Below, piece by piece: positions 19,146 to 29,056 of a stretch of DNA of 64,000 bases; within the stretch, counting starts at the first letter, position 1, and each line of letters opens with the position of its first letter. A model generated the notes under the pieces. That model saw only the letters and a list, made by a program, of their open reading frames with translations, did no database searches and was not told the origin of the DNA. The stretch is from assembly GCA_965242865.1 (NCBI GenBank), contig CBDETK010000013.1, positions 4,736,001 through 4,800,000 on the forward strand, written 5' to 3'. Position numbers and translations under genes: made by a program. The stretch comes from Candidatus Latescibacterota bacterium. GTDB taxonomy: Bacteria > Latescibacterota > UBA2968 > UBA8231.

Positions 19146-20624
19146 TTAGAGATCCGCGGAGCGCCAGTTGCTTAGTCCAGTCACCAAACACTCTTCGAGC
19201 CAAACGCGGAATCGATCCTCTATGGACGCTCGGTCTTCCCGATAGTTGATCTGAAACAGGCTGCGCGCAAGCACTTGGGCCGGACTCGTCTCCCGTTCTT
19301 CGCGGTCCGTCTGAACTCGCTGAAAGAATACGGCCGAACAGGCCAGTACCCCACGGAATTCGCGTCCGATCCCATGGAAGGAAAGCAGAATCTGGCTCTG
19401 GTTTGCATTGTGGATGACCAGACGCACCCAAGCGCGGTAGGACTCTAAATTGGCGAAGTAGTTGAGTGCCTGCGCCCCGGCCACGATCTGCTGCTGGAAA
19501 TAGTGGCTGCGCTCGCCGTGGTCGGATTCTCCATCGACAAATACATGAACATGATCGAGGACCGCGCCCATGTTGGTCTCGATGGCCGCCTTGAGTTCGT
19601 TCATCCGCGTCTCGGCGCCCTGCCGCAGATATTCCGCCCGATCCTTGGCTTTGTTCCATTCGCCCGCGAGGCCGTCGCGCCGATGCTCCAATTCTCGGCG
19701 CGTGGCGCGGATCAAATCCTCGGCGCGAAAGTCCTTCTCCACTTCGCGGGACAAACCGAGTGCCCGCACGAATTCGCGTTGCTGGATTTCCGCAAAAAAG
19801 CCGATGAGTGGCTTTAGATCGCCGCGATCCGCGGCTTGCAGAGCGTCCAAATAGTCGCCTTTTGCCTTGCTCCGCACGACCAGAGGAAAGCGGCGCGCCT
19901 TGACGAGAACGAGCGTGGCCAGTGCTCTCGCTACTCGGCCATTGCCATCCTGAAACGGATGGATCTGCGTGAAGCGATGGTGGAGCCAAGCGGCCTCGAC
20001 TTCGGGCGCGATCTTTTCGTGGGCGCGGTGCATTTCGATTAGCCGGTCCATCTCGGAAGCGACCTGTTCGGGCGGACAGTATTCGTGGATTGCGCCGCCG
20101 CGGCCGAGCGGATTGTTGGGTCGTTTCTTGTAGTCGCCGCGTAGCAGCGGAATCCGCACCCGTTTCCCAAGCCGGTCCCTTCCCTCGGCGGTCTCCTGAT
20201 TCTGCGTCAGCAGTTGGTGAAGCTCCTTGATGTAGCTCGTGGAAAGGGTGCGCTCGTCCTTGACGAAGGCGAATACATACTCGATAGCCGCCTCGTGATC
20301 CTGAATCATGGAAGCGATCCGCTCCGGGTCGTCGCCCGAGCCGTGCGGGATTAAGGTCGCGTCAATGCCGCGCTCAATCAGGAGTTCTGTGACGCCGCGG
20401 TCGAAGTCGTACACCCGTTCTATCAATCCGGTCTCGATCGCCCATTCCCGGTGCAGTTTCCGGTTAAACTCGGACAGGGCCTCCGAGTCTGCTAACCGGC
20501 TGCGCTCTGTTTCCCATACCGCAGCGAGCGAATCGAGCTCCTGCTGAGCCAAGGGCGCCGGGTCGTTCTCATAGTCGAGGATCGGAGTCCACTTGTACCC
20601 GTTGTCTATACTACTTCTCGCCAT
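19146..20624 (-). CDS. Fic/DOC family protein
   Basis: Canonical HPFQDGNGRVAR motif. Confidence 0.9.
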   Translation of the reverse strand: MARSSIDNGYKWTPILDYENDPAPLAQQELDSLAAVWETERSRLADSEALSEFNRKLHREWAIETGLIERVYDFDRGVTELLIERGIDATLIPHGSGDDPERIASMIQDHEAAIEYVFAFVKDERTLSTSYIKELHQLLTQNQETAEGRDRLGKRVRIPLLRGDYKKRPNNPLGRGGAIHEYCPPEQVASEMDRLIEMHRAHEKIAPEVEAAWLHHRFTQIHPFQDGNGRVARALATLVLVKARRFPLVVRSKAKGDYLDALQAADRGDLKPLIGFFAEIQQREFVRALGLSREVEKDFRAEDLIRATRRELEHRRDGLAGEWNKAKDRAEYLRQGAETRMNELKAAIETNMGAVLDHVHVFVDGESDHGERSHYFQQQIVAGAQALNYFANLESYRAWVRLVIHNANQSQILLSFHGIGREFRGVLACSAVFFQRVQTDREERETSPAQVLARSLFQINYREDRASIEDRFRVWLEECLVTGLSNWRSADL

Positions 20625-20783
20625 GACTGCGCTCGTCGAGGCACTGCGCCGCGAATTGTTAAGGTGGGTTCCGCGGAAAAATAGGCGTTGAGGAACGATT
20701 AGCGACTAACCGCCGACGCTTTCAATTTACCTAAGTACGCGACCCTTACTTTGCGTCTGCCTTTTCTGGTGTTGCCGCTGCGT

Positions 20784-20836
20784 CCGGGATCGAGGGCGTC
20801 CCGCCCTTGACGAGGGCAAGATGCCCTCGATCCCGG
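20784..20836. repeat. REP-like compound palindrome
   Basis: CCGGGATCGAGGGC ... GCCCTCGATCCCGG, 14-bp perfect arms. Confidence 0.7.
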
Positions 20837-20885
20837 GGAAGGCGGGGCGCTGGTAGGAGCTTTGCTACACGCCCCGGCCCCATTC

Positions 20886-21872
20886 CTACCGCGGCACCGG
20901 AATGGGCACTGGCACGTTACCCTGTTTTTGCGATTCTAAGAACCCGATGATCAGCTCTACCACGAGGTGCCCGGCCCGGCCCGGCGACACGGACTCGACG
21001 CCTTGGTCCATGGCGGCGATGAGTTCGTGGATGCCGGCCGGAATGCCCTCGACCGGCCAAGCAGGCGGCGCAAGGGGTTCGGCCTCTTCGCCGCGATACA
21101 GGGTGCCGCTGTCGCTGCCGAGCAGCACTCGCCCGGTGGTGCCGACCACTTCGATTTGCTGCTTGGGCGCGGGCGTGGTCTTGGAGCCGCCGATGTAAAA
21201 ACCCCGCACCCCGTCGGCAAAGTGGATGTACCCGTTGGCCCCGGGCTCGGTGGCCGGCACGTGGCCGCCGTCGCCGCGGTACTCGGCGTACTCGGCGTAT
21301 CCCTCCTCCAGCTCGGCCACCACCCACTGGGGCTGCGCGCCCGCGTAGTAGCAAATAGCGTCGAGGGTGTGGGTGCCGTTGCGGAAGAGCATGGCGCGGG
21401 GGCCGGAGAGCGTGCCGATGACGTATTGCACCGGGCCGATGACGCCTTGATCGACGATGGCTTCTTTGGCATGCCGCCACAGGGGCATAAAGCGCCGGGT
21501 GTGATCGACCGACAGGGTGGTGGTGTTGGCGTTGCAAGCGGCGATCATGCGGTCGGCGTCGGCGAGGTTGGTCGCCAGCGGCTTTTCGCAGAAGATGCCC
21601 TTGGCCCCGGCGTTGGCCGCATCCACGACTAAGGCGGCGTGGCGGTGGTCCGAGGTGGCGACGGTGACGATGTCGAGTCTTTCGCGGGCGAGCATCTCGC
21701 GGTGATCGCGGTACAGGGCGAGGGATGCGTCCGGCCAGCGTTGTTCAAACTCGTGGAGAATCGCTTCGTCGAGATCGCAAGCCGCCACGAGGCGGGCGCG
21801 GTCCGATCCGACGATTCCGGTGGCGTGGGCCGCGCCAATGCCGCGGCAACCAATGACTCCAGCTCTATACAT
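20886..21872 (-). CDS. Gfo/Idh/MocA oxidoreductase
   Basis: GVIGCRGIG, CEKPLA, HTRRF motifs; AAGGAG RBS before ATG 21872. Confidence 0.9.
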   Translation of the reverse strand: MYRAGVIGCRGIGAAHATGIVGSDRARLVAACDLDEAILHEFEQRWPDASLALYRDHREMLARERLDIVTVATSDHRHAALVVDAANAGAKGIFCEKPLATNLADADRMIAACNANTTTLSVDHTRRFMPLWRHAKEAIVDQGVIGPVQYVIGTLSGPRAMLFRNGTHTLDAICYYAGAQPQWVVAELEEGYAEYAEYRGDGGHVPATEPGANGYIHFADGVRGFYIGGSKTTPAPKQQIEVVGTTGRVLLGSDSGTLYRGEEAEPLAPPAWPVEGIPAGIHELIAAMDQGVESVSPGRAGHLVVELIIGFLESQKQGNVPVPIPVPR

Positions 21873-21915
21873 GATTGTGCTCCTTGTGAAGGGATTTGCG
21901 CTGCGATCTATCTCA

Positions 21916-22962
21916 TTACCAAGCGCTCTTGAGCTCGCCCCACGTCGCCTCGAACACGGCCGTCGAAGGGTCCCACTGCGCGGCGCGCTGCATAAACACC
22001 GTGGGGTCGGCGCGCCAATCGCCGTAGCCAATGCGCTGGTTGTCCGTGAGATAGTTGATCTTGTCGTCGATGCAGGCTGCGAGGTCCGCGTCCGCTGCGG
22101 CGAGCGTGAACCCGCCCTGCTCGGCGTCGGCGTCGAGGGCCGTGACCGCAAACGCGCCGTTGGAAGCGTGGCTCGCGTCGCGGTTGCCGATTTCGCCGCG
22201 GGCGACCGCGTCAATGCGGCCGGCCGCGAGGGCGTCTAGCAACTCTATTTCGCCGGTCTCTTGCCCGAGGTACAGCACTTGCGGCATGGTGGCCGCAGGC
22301 GGCTCCAGCCGCAGCCGCCCTTCGAGATTGGCCGACGCGCCGGCCGCGGTGATGGTGTAATCGGCCGTGCCGTCGGCTACGAGCTCGCCATCGGCTGTTG
22401 TGATGCGCGTACCGGTCGCGAGTACGCCGTTGGCATCAACTACGCCCGTTAGCTCCAGCAGGCGGAACTCGCCCGTGGTGCCGCTCAGCACTCCCACTCG
22501 ATCGTCGCTGGTCAGGTCGCTGTGGCTGGCGAGCCGCTCGGCGTCTTCGGCCCGCACCAGCAGCGATTGCCGGAAGGCGATGTGCCCGGACGTGAAGTTC
22601 ACCACGTGTTCACCGGCTGCATTGCGGGTGCGGGAGTCGAGGATGGTGATGCCGCCGCCGACCAAGTCGTACGCCGGCCCGGCCGATTGCAGCCATATAT
22701 CGGGCCACTCGGCGATGGCCCGGCGTTCAAAGGACAATCCCGCCCCATCCATGGCCTCTAGCGCGGTCAACAAGTCCGCTTCGTACCCGCGATGTTCGTT
22801 GAACCCGGCTGTGTTGGGATCGGAGTCTGCGCTGTAACTGACCGGCTCGAAAAAGGCGTAGAACCCGACTTGGAGCCCCTGTCCGTCGCCGCATGCCACG
22901 GCTGAGGCCGAGCGAGCCGCTAAGACCACTAGGAAGAGGGATGCGTAAAAGGATGAGGGCAT
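21916..22962 (-). CDS. ABC-type amino-acid substrate-binding protein (SBP family 3-like)
   Basis: GYEADLL, D.V.GGIT...R, VGV.SGTT, AL.AGRIDAV; GAGG RBS before ATG 22962. Confidence 0.75.
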   Translation of the reverse strand: MPSSFYASLFLVVLAARSASAVACGDGQGLQVGFYAFFEPVSYSADSDPNTAGFNEHRGYEADLLTALEAMDGAGLSFERRAIAEWPDIWLQSAGPAYDLVGGGITILDSRTRNAAGEHVVNFTSGHIAFRQSLLVRAEDAERLASHSDLTSDDRVGVLSGTTGEFRLLELTGVVDANGVLATGTRITTADGELVADGTADYTITAAGASANLEGRLRLEPPAATMPQVLYLGQETGEIELLDALAAGRIDAVARGEIGNRDASHASNGAFAVTALDADAEQGGFTLAAADADLAACIDDKINYLTDNQRIGYGDWRADPTVFMQRAAQWDPSTAVFEATWGELKSAW

Positions 22963-23037
22963 GGAGGATACCTCGTTTTGGAGTGATGAGGATGGATGGG
23001 AGGAATATGGGGCGGGCAAAGGGGCGGAGCAAACCCG

Positions 23038-24468
23038 TTACTCGGCGTAGGGAACAGTGCCGCGAGCATCTACTCGGTAGCCCCAGCGGTCGAGATAGGC
23101 TGGGCCGGGGAGGAAGGGGTCGTCGGCTGCGGTGAGGCGGCGCGTTAGGTGGGCGTCTAATTCGTCGAGCAAGCCCTGCTGGCCGGGCTGGCCCACGAGA
23201 TTGTCCTGTTGGAAGGGGTCGGCTTGGTTGTCGTAGAGCAGCCACGGCCCCTCTAAGGCGCGCACGTACGTGTGGCGGCGAGTGCGCAAACCCCGGTAGG
23301 ACCGGCCGCCCACGCCGGTCCACCACTGCCCAAAGGGCTGGGGACACTGCAACAGGGCGGCGCCGTCCGAGGGATCGGGGCCGCCTCGCAGATACCCGGA
23401 GAAGTCGATTCCCTCCACAGTGGCAGGAATGGGTAGGCCGCACAGGCCCAACAGGGTCGGCATGAGGTCCGGCAGGTCAATCGGCGCGTCGAGTTGCCGA
23501 CCGGCCGCTCCCAGCCCCGGGTAGCGCAGCAGGAACGGGACGCGGATGGACTCTTCGTAGGGCTTTTGCTTTTTGTCCATGCCCTGCGAGCCGAGCATGT
23601 CGCCGTGGTCGGAGAAGAACAGGAAGATGGTCTCTTGCTCGAGTTCCTCCTCCTGCAAGGTCTGGAGCAACGCGCCGACGCAGTCGTCCAGTGCCGTGCA
23701 ATGGGCGTAGTACCCGGCGAGCCACTGCCGCGCACTATCGGCCCAGCTAGCCGGCACATTGGGCCGCAGGGCGATAGCGGCCGGATCGTACCGGGCTTGG
23801 TACGCTTGCGGGGCCGTGTGATAGGGGGCGTGCGGCGGCCCCCACGACAGGACCAGCAAAAAGGGCTTGGTCTCGCCGGAAGTCCCGCGCTTGCGGATAT
23901 AGGCTTGGGCGTCGCGGGTTTGGGCCGAGGCGTCGTAGCCTTCCCACACGAGTTGCTCGTCCGAGTCGCCGGCATAGTACGCCGAGCGATTGTAGGCGTG
24001 GGTGCATTCGAGGACCTTCCAGTACTCAAAGCCCTGCCGCCGCTCGGGCGGAATATAGCGGGAGCGGCCCCGGCCATTGACGTGCCACTTGCCGATATAG
24101 GCCGTGTCGTAGCCGCCCGCGCCAAAAGCCTGCGCCAGGCTCGTGGCGTCTTGGCCCAGTGCTACGTCGTTGACGAAGACGCCGTGCGTGAGGGGGTATT
24201 GGCCGGTCAGGAGCGAGGCACGCGCCGGCGAGCACACCGAGCAGCCAGACACCGCGTGGGTGCAGTTGACGCTGCGGCGGGCGAGCGCGTCCAAGTTCGG
24301 GGTTTGCACGTTGGGGTCGCCGGCGTACCCGAAGGCTTGGGCACGCCATTGGTCGGCGAATACGAGGACGACATTGGGCGGTTTGATGGCGCGTCTCCTG
24401 TTTTCTTTCTGCAATGAGGACGGGCCTTGCGGCCCGGAAGATAATTTGATGGAGCCTTTCCGGCCCAT
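23038..24468 (-). CDS. Formylglycine-dependent sulfatase
   Basis: PNVVLVFADQ, CSPARASLLTG, GKWH, PPH.P, SDHG; start uncertain. Confidence 0.92.
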   Translation of the reverse strand: MGRKGSIKLSSGPQGPSSLQKENRRRAIKPPNVVLVFADQWRAQAFGYAGDPNVQTPNLDALARRSVNCTHAVSGCSVCSPARASLLTGQYPLTHGVFVNDVALGQDATSLAQAFGAGGYDTAYIGKWHVNGRGRSRYIPPERRQGFEYWKVLECTHAYNRSAYYAGDSDEQLVWEGYDASAQTRDAQAYIRKRGTSGETKPFLLVLSWGPPHAPYHTAPQAYQARYDPAAIALRPNVPASWADSARQWLAGYYAHCTALDDCVGALLQTLQEEELEQETIFLFFSDHGDMLGSQGMDKKQKPYEESIRVPFLLRYPGLGAAGRQLDAPIDLPDLMPTLLGLCGLPIPATVEGIDFSGYLRGGPDPSDGAALLQCPQPFGQWWTGVGGRSYRGLRTRRHTYVRALEGPWLLYDNQADPFQQDNLVGQPGQQGLLDELDAHLTRRLTAADDPFLPGPAYLDRWGYRVDARGTVPYAE

Positions 24469-24627
24469 TGTCGCGGACTCCTGCGTAATTCAGGTCATCG
24501 ACAACGGCGCGCTCAAGCCGGGCGATGTCAGCCCGCTAAACCATGTCTAATCTTGCTACCGCTTCTTTAGATAATCAACAAATAGGCGGAATGTTCACAA
24601 GGGACAGTGCCTTTGGCCTCGGCGGCG

Positions 24628-26178
24628 TCAATCGTCATAGCGGATGAGCAACTCGACGTCGGTCAGCAGCAAGTCGCAGGCAAGCTGGGGGTGGCGTTGC
24701 AAGAGGACGACTTCTAAGCGATGGAGGCCGCGGGTGGCTTGGGCGGTCGTGAGCGCGAAGCTATGCCAAGCGGCAGTGCTGACATCGGCGATGGGCTGGG
24801 GATCGCCGTCGTGGCAATAGCTGATATCCGGGTCGGCCAATACCGCGCCATCCCAGCAGCAGCGAAGCTGGTCGCCGGCAACCCAATCTTGCAGCCGCAG
24901 CCGCAGGGTAAGGGCTGTCGGCGGATCTGCGCTCAGATCGTCGGCGAGGTCGAAGTCGAAGTGGGGGCCGGTCGCCCGCAAGGTCGGGTAGAGGGCGACG
25001 GGGAGGGTGCCGCGCAGCCGGTCGTGCTGGTACGCGCCGCGCCAAGGGCCGGTGTGCTGTCGGAAGCGGTGGGTTGCGTGGTAGAGCTTGCTCTGGCGGC
25101 GCAGGGTCTGCACCGCGCCCACTTGGGTTAGCAACTCGCGCTTTGAGTTGCGGTCGGCATGCCAGTTGAAGGCGTATATGCCGGTCGCCCCTTGGCGGTG
25201 ATACTGCATGGCCGTGGCTTTGGTGCGCATGGCGTGGCAGCGCAATTGACCTTCGGGGCCGGTCGCCGGGCCGGGGACGCCGCTGTCAAAACCCGGATAG
25301 ACTGCGATGTCGCGGTCGGCGCAGAGCGCGCGAAAGGCGCGGATTTCAATGGCCGGATCGGTGCCGGCCGCACCGGCCGGGATCAAGACATCGACGAGAC
25401 GTTCCTCGGCCCAAGTCTCCACATCGTAGCCAATGCGGTGGCAGCCCTCAATGGAGCCAGCGACGCGGGCCGCTAGGTAAAAGGGCCGGCCGCGCTGTTG
25501 GGCCAGTTCAGCGGTCCGTTGCCGCGCCGCCCGCATGAAGTCGGTGAGGACGTAGCGCAGGCGATAGCCTTGGTCGGCGGGAAAGTGGAAGGGGTGGCGT
25601 TGCCAGTCGAGTTCGACGCCGTCCCAAGGGTGGTTTTGGCAGACTTCGCGCAGGTGCTGGAAGCGATTTTCGCGCACTTGGGAGATGGCCATATTCCACG
25701 ACAGGGCAAACCACTCCTCGGTATCCGCGCCGAGGACCCATTCGGGGTGGTCCTTCCGCAGTTGGGTCAGTTCGGTGTGGTGCAGGGTCTGAAGGTCGCT
25801 TGGTTGTGCGCCGTTGAAGTGATTGTCGTTCATGCGCAACGAGGCATACACGTGCAGCCCGAGTTGGTGGCCGCGGTCAATGAGTGCCTCGTGGGGATCT
25901 TCGCCCCGCTCCAACATGCGGCGAATGTTTTCGGTGTGCGTGTACGCAGCGGCACTCTCATAGTGCCGCTGATGCACGTCGCCGAGCAGTTCGAGGGCGT
26001 CGCTTGGCCAGCGGGTGGCGTGTTCGCCTACGCACCAAAACAGGGCGCCGACTTGGGTGTCGTTGAGCGGGGCGTACACCTTGTCGAGAAAGGCGTCCAT
26101 GGACTGGGGAACGGGCGAGTACCCGTGCGGTGCGCTGTCCCAGTTGTAGATGATGCCGTAGTCAGGGGGGGCGGCCAT
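24628..26178 (-). CDS. Glycoside hydrolase-like (GHL10/DUF187-like) protein
   Basis: SLRMND.H, HPEW, DGVELDW.R, GIYAFN motifs; AAGGAG RBS. Confidence 0.6.
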   Translation of the reverse strand: MAAPPDYGIIYNWDSAPHGYSPVPQSMDAFLDKVYAPLNDTQVGALFWCVGEHATRWPSDALELLGDVHQRHYESAAAYTHTENIRRMLERGEDPHEALIDRGHQLGLHVYASLRMNDNHFNGAQPSDLQTLHHTELTQLRKDHPEWVLGADTEEWFALSWNMAISQVRENRFQHLREVCQNHPWDGVELDWQRHPFHFPADQGYRLRYVLTDFMRAARQRTAELAQQRGRPFYLAARVAGSIEGCHRIGYDVETWAEERLVDVLIPAGAAGTDPAIEIRAFRALCADRDIAVYPGFDSGVPGPATGPEGQLRCHAMRTKATAMQYHRQGATGIYAFNWHADRNSKRELLTQVGAVQTLRRQSKLYHATHRFRQHTGPWRGAYQHDRLRGTLPVALYPTLRATGPHFDFDLADDLSADPPTALTLRLRLQDWVAGDQLRCCWDGAVLADPDISYCHDGDPQPIADVSTAAWHSFALTTAQATRGLHRLEVVLLQRHPQLACDLLLTDVELLIRYDD

Positions 26179-26284
26179 ATCTGCTCCTTTGCTGGTCTGG
26201 CCCAAGGTACGGAGATTGTCCGAGACGAGCAACGGAGGCTGCTATGGCGACAAGCGTCCAGCGAGTGTAACCTAGCTACTTGGA

Positions 26285-26797
26285 TTAAAGCCCTTGGTCA
26301 ACGTCGAGAAAAATTCCCTTGTGTACTTTGGCAAAAAATTTGGTGTAGTACTGCCCGTCCGCGATCTGACGAACCGCTTTAGTACCCCCATTCCTTTTGA
26401 AGGTTTTAATCTGGAAGTTGACTCGGACGCGACATTTTTCGCCGTGTTTGGAGACATTGGCGGTTGCTTCAACGACCGAGTTCTGCGCCAGTTCTCCCTG
26501 AGTGTTGGTATAGGCTGCACCGAGCTCCGCCCAGAATGAGGTTTTCTCCTCATACTCCCTGACGGCCGAAAGAATTCCCAATTCTGAGTTAGCGTCCTTG
26601 ATCATGTAGCCACCGTCTTGGAGGACATTGACCATAGCCTTGAGAACGGCCTTGTCGTCTGGGGTTTCAAACATCCGGGTTTGCAACTGGCGTATCTGTA
26701 GCTGGGTCTTGGCCGGAGCCGGAGCCGTCGTTGCACAGCTAGTGAGGTACGTGAGCGCACCGAGTCCGGCTAGCATGAAAACTAGTACGTTACGCAT
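26285..26797 (-). CDS. Hypothetical lipoprotein
   Basis: LTSC lipobox; 170 aa. Confidence 0.75.
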   Translation of the reverse strand: MRNVLVFMLAGLGALTYLTSCATTAPAPAKTQLQIRQLQTRMFETPDDKAVLKAMVNVLQDGGYMIKDANSELGILSAVREYEEKTSFWAELGAAYTNTQGELAQNSVVEATANVSKHGEKCRVRVNFQIKTFKRNGGTKAVRQIADGQYYTKFFAKVHKGIFLDVDQGL

Positions 26798-26809
26798 TGA
26801 GAGCCTCTT

Positions 26810-27232
26810 TTAGAATTTGCTAGTGTGGTAGGAAAACGTATCGACGAGTTGCTGATCGTCGAACTTGATGACCACCGTCAAGGTTTTCTGCGTTGAAGCG
26901 GCGGCTCCAGAGTTCCTGCTGAGGCCACCGACTAGGAGTAATCCGATGCCGCTCGAACCGGTGGAATAGGATACTTCCGAGGCGATTTTGTCGTAAATCC
27001 AAGTCTCCTTGCCCTCCTTGTCCTTGCTGACGATGTTGGGAGATCCCAAGGCTTCAGCGACAGCCGCTTGATCCATCCCTTGGTAAATCTCTCGCTGAAC
27101 CGTGCCCACGGTCATCTCGCGTCCAGCGGCGGAGTGCAGATTGCGATGATGCTGGCTGCCGGACGCACATCCTAGGATGATCAACGCTGTCAGCCCGACC
27201 ATCACTTGCAGTACTGTTCTATCAAATCTCAT
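26810..27232 (-). CDS. BamE/SmpA-like lipoprotein
   Basis: LGC lipobox; GM.Q..V...LGSP...ETWIY; V.KFD. Confidence 0.75.
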   Translation of the reverse strand: MRFDRTVLQVMVGLTALIILGCASGSQHHRNLHSAAGREMTVGTVQREIYQGMDQAAVAEALGSPNIVSKDKEGKETWIYDKIASEVSYSTGSSGIGLLLVGGLSRNSGAAASTQKTLTVVIKFDDQQLVDTFSYHTSKF

Positions 27233-27339
27233 CTAATTTTCTCCTTAGCTTTGAAGTGGCATTTAACCAACTAAAAAAGAGGAAAAGAATTGGATGCGTT
27301 ATCGCATCTCTAGGTTCTTGCAGAAACAATCTGACGGTC

Positions 27340-27576
27340 CTAAAACAATCCTCCCAAAGTAAAGTTTAGTGCTCCGACAGAGTCGCCTTCTACTCGCCGC
27401 CCAGCTACGTTGATTTGGAAGGTCAAGCGCGTGCCGCTGGTGATTGGCTGAGACCAGCCAGCTCCCACTAACCCGCCTATGCCCCACTCGCTTGTTTCGT
27501 CAACGGTATTATCGTCAGAGGTGACGCGAAAAACAGCAGGTAGAAAATAGCAACAATGTACGGCTTCATAGGTCAT
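27340..27576 (-). pseudogene. Possible remnant of an outer-membrane beta-barrel gene
   Basis: C-terminal WGIGGLVGAGW...LNFTLGGLF resembles barrel strands; no signal peptide. Confidence 0.35.
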
Positions 27577-27901
27577 CTCCCTTTGGTGAGGATGAGTGGC
27601 TTCAAGTACGTTTGGTTAGGCTGAATTTTTGAATCAGCAGACTCCCATTTTCCAGTGAACACAAAAAGCCATTGACCGGACCCGATAGGGTGCCGGGCCA
27701 TGTCAACATCACACAGGTATAGTGGAAGTTCTGCCTATTTGCCGGGCTTCGGGGAGCTACCCCATGCCGAATAAAGGCTATTTTATTCAACAGATAACCC
27801 GACTGGCGGGTACCTGTCTGATGTTGACAGATGCTAATTTAAGATGAGAATATCCCAAGTCAACACTTCACTTTGTTTTTATCGCAAAAGGAGCTTTCTC
27901 A

Positions 27902-29056
27902 ATGAAAGACAACATACTACAGGCCGTTTATGAGCAGCGCCTACTTGACACGGCCCAAGAGCTGATTGCAGTGCCCAGCCCGACGCTGGACGCCGGTGCC
28001 GCGGCGGATGCGTTGGCGTCTATCCTAGCGGCCGAGGGGTTTGCCGTAGAGCGGCCCTCAGCCGATTGGCCCCCAGCACCGGCCGTAGTCGCTCGCCTCG
28101 ACAGCGGCCGGCCCGGGCGGGTGTTGCAGTTCGACGGGCACTTGGACACGGTGCATCTGCCCTTTGTGCCGCCCAAGGTGGAGGACGGCCAGCTCTATGG
28201 GTCGGGGGCGTCCGACATGAAGGGCGGGATTGCCGCCTTCGTCGAGGCACTGCGGGTACTGCGGGATGCGGGCGCACCGACGCAGGGGGCGATCTTGCTT
28301 ACGGCCCACGACCACCACGAAGCACCGTGGGGCGACCGCCGCCAGCTTTTGGCCTTGATTCGCGCCGGCTTGATCGGCGACGGGGTACTACTGCCGGAGT
28401 ACTTGGGCGATGCATTGCCGGTCGCCGGTCGCGGCTTGGCCGTGTTTAACGTGGCGATTGAGCGCGATGGGGTGCCCGTCCACGAGGTGCTGCGGCCCGC
28501 CGGACTGCCGGACGTACTAGCGGCCGGAGCCGAGGTCGTCGGGCGGCTGAATGCGCTGAACGAGCAGTTGCGCGAGCAAACCGCGCCTTACGTCGGCAGC
28601 GATTCGTTGTTTATCGGGCGGATCGAAGGCGGCCAACTCTACAATCAGGTGCCGACCCAATGCCGCATCGAAGGGACGCGCCGCTGGGTGACGGCTGGAG
28701 CGGAGTCCGCCGCGCGCTGCCAAATCGAAGCCCTACTCGCCGAGGTCGCCGCGGCCAGCGGCACTCGCATCCGGCTCGCCGACTGGAACGTGCCCGGCGA
28801 TGCCTTTGCGCTCGCGCCGAACAGCCCGTTAGTGGGCGCGTTCCAAGCCGCGCACGAGCAGGTGACCGGGAAGCCGTTGCCCGTGGGCGGCAAGCCCTTT
28901 ATCGACGACGGCAACGTCTTTATAGCAGCCGGGATTGAGGCCCTAACCCATGGTCCTTGCGCCGTGGGGGCGCACACGACCGACGAGCAGGTGGAGGTGG
29001 CCGAATTGGTGCGGGTGGCCAAGGTCTATGCGCTGACCGCGCAGGCGTTTTGCTAG
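27902..29056 (+). CDS. M20 family metallopeptidase/deacylase (ArgE/DapE-like)
   Basis: FDGHLDTV, YGSGASDMKGG, AHTTDE motifs. Confidence 0.88.
   Translation: MKDNILQAVYEQRLLDTAQELIAVPSPTLDAGAAADALASILAAEGFAVERPSADWPPAPAVVARLDSGRPGRVLQFDGHLDTVHLPFVPPKVEDGQLYGSGASDMKGGIAAFVEALRVLRDAGAPTQGAILLTAHDHHEAPWGDRRQLLALIRAGLIGDGVLLPEYLGDALPVAGRGLAVFNVAIERDGVPVHEVLRPAGLPDVLAAGAEVVGRLNALNEQLREQTAPYVGSDSLFIGRIEGGQLYNQVPTQCRIEGTRRWVTAGAESAARCQIEALLAEVAAASGTRIRLADWNVPGDAFALAPNSPLVGAFQAAHEQVTGKPLPVGGKPFIDDGNVFIAAGIEALTHGPCAVGAHTTDEQVEVAELVRVAKVYALTAQAFC

Noticed and set aside
27600-27850. Possible structured RNA leader (GGGGAGCTACCCC region)
   Set aside because: I cannot match it to an RNA family by eye; an Rfam/Infernal search would be needed.
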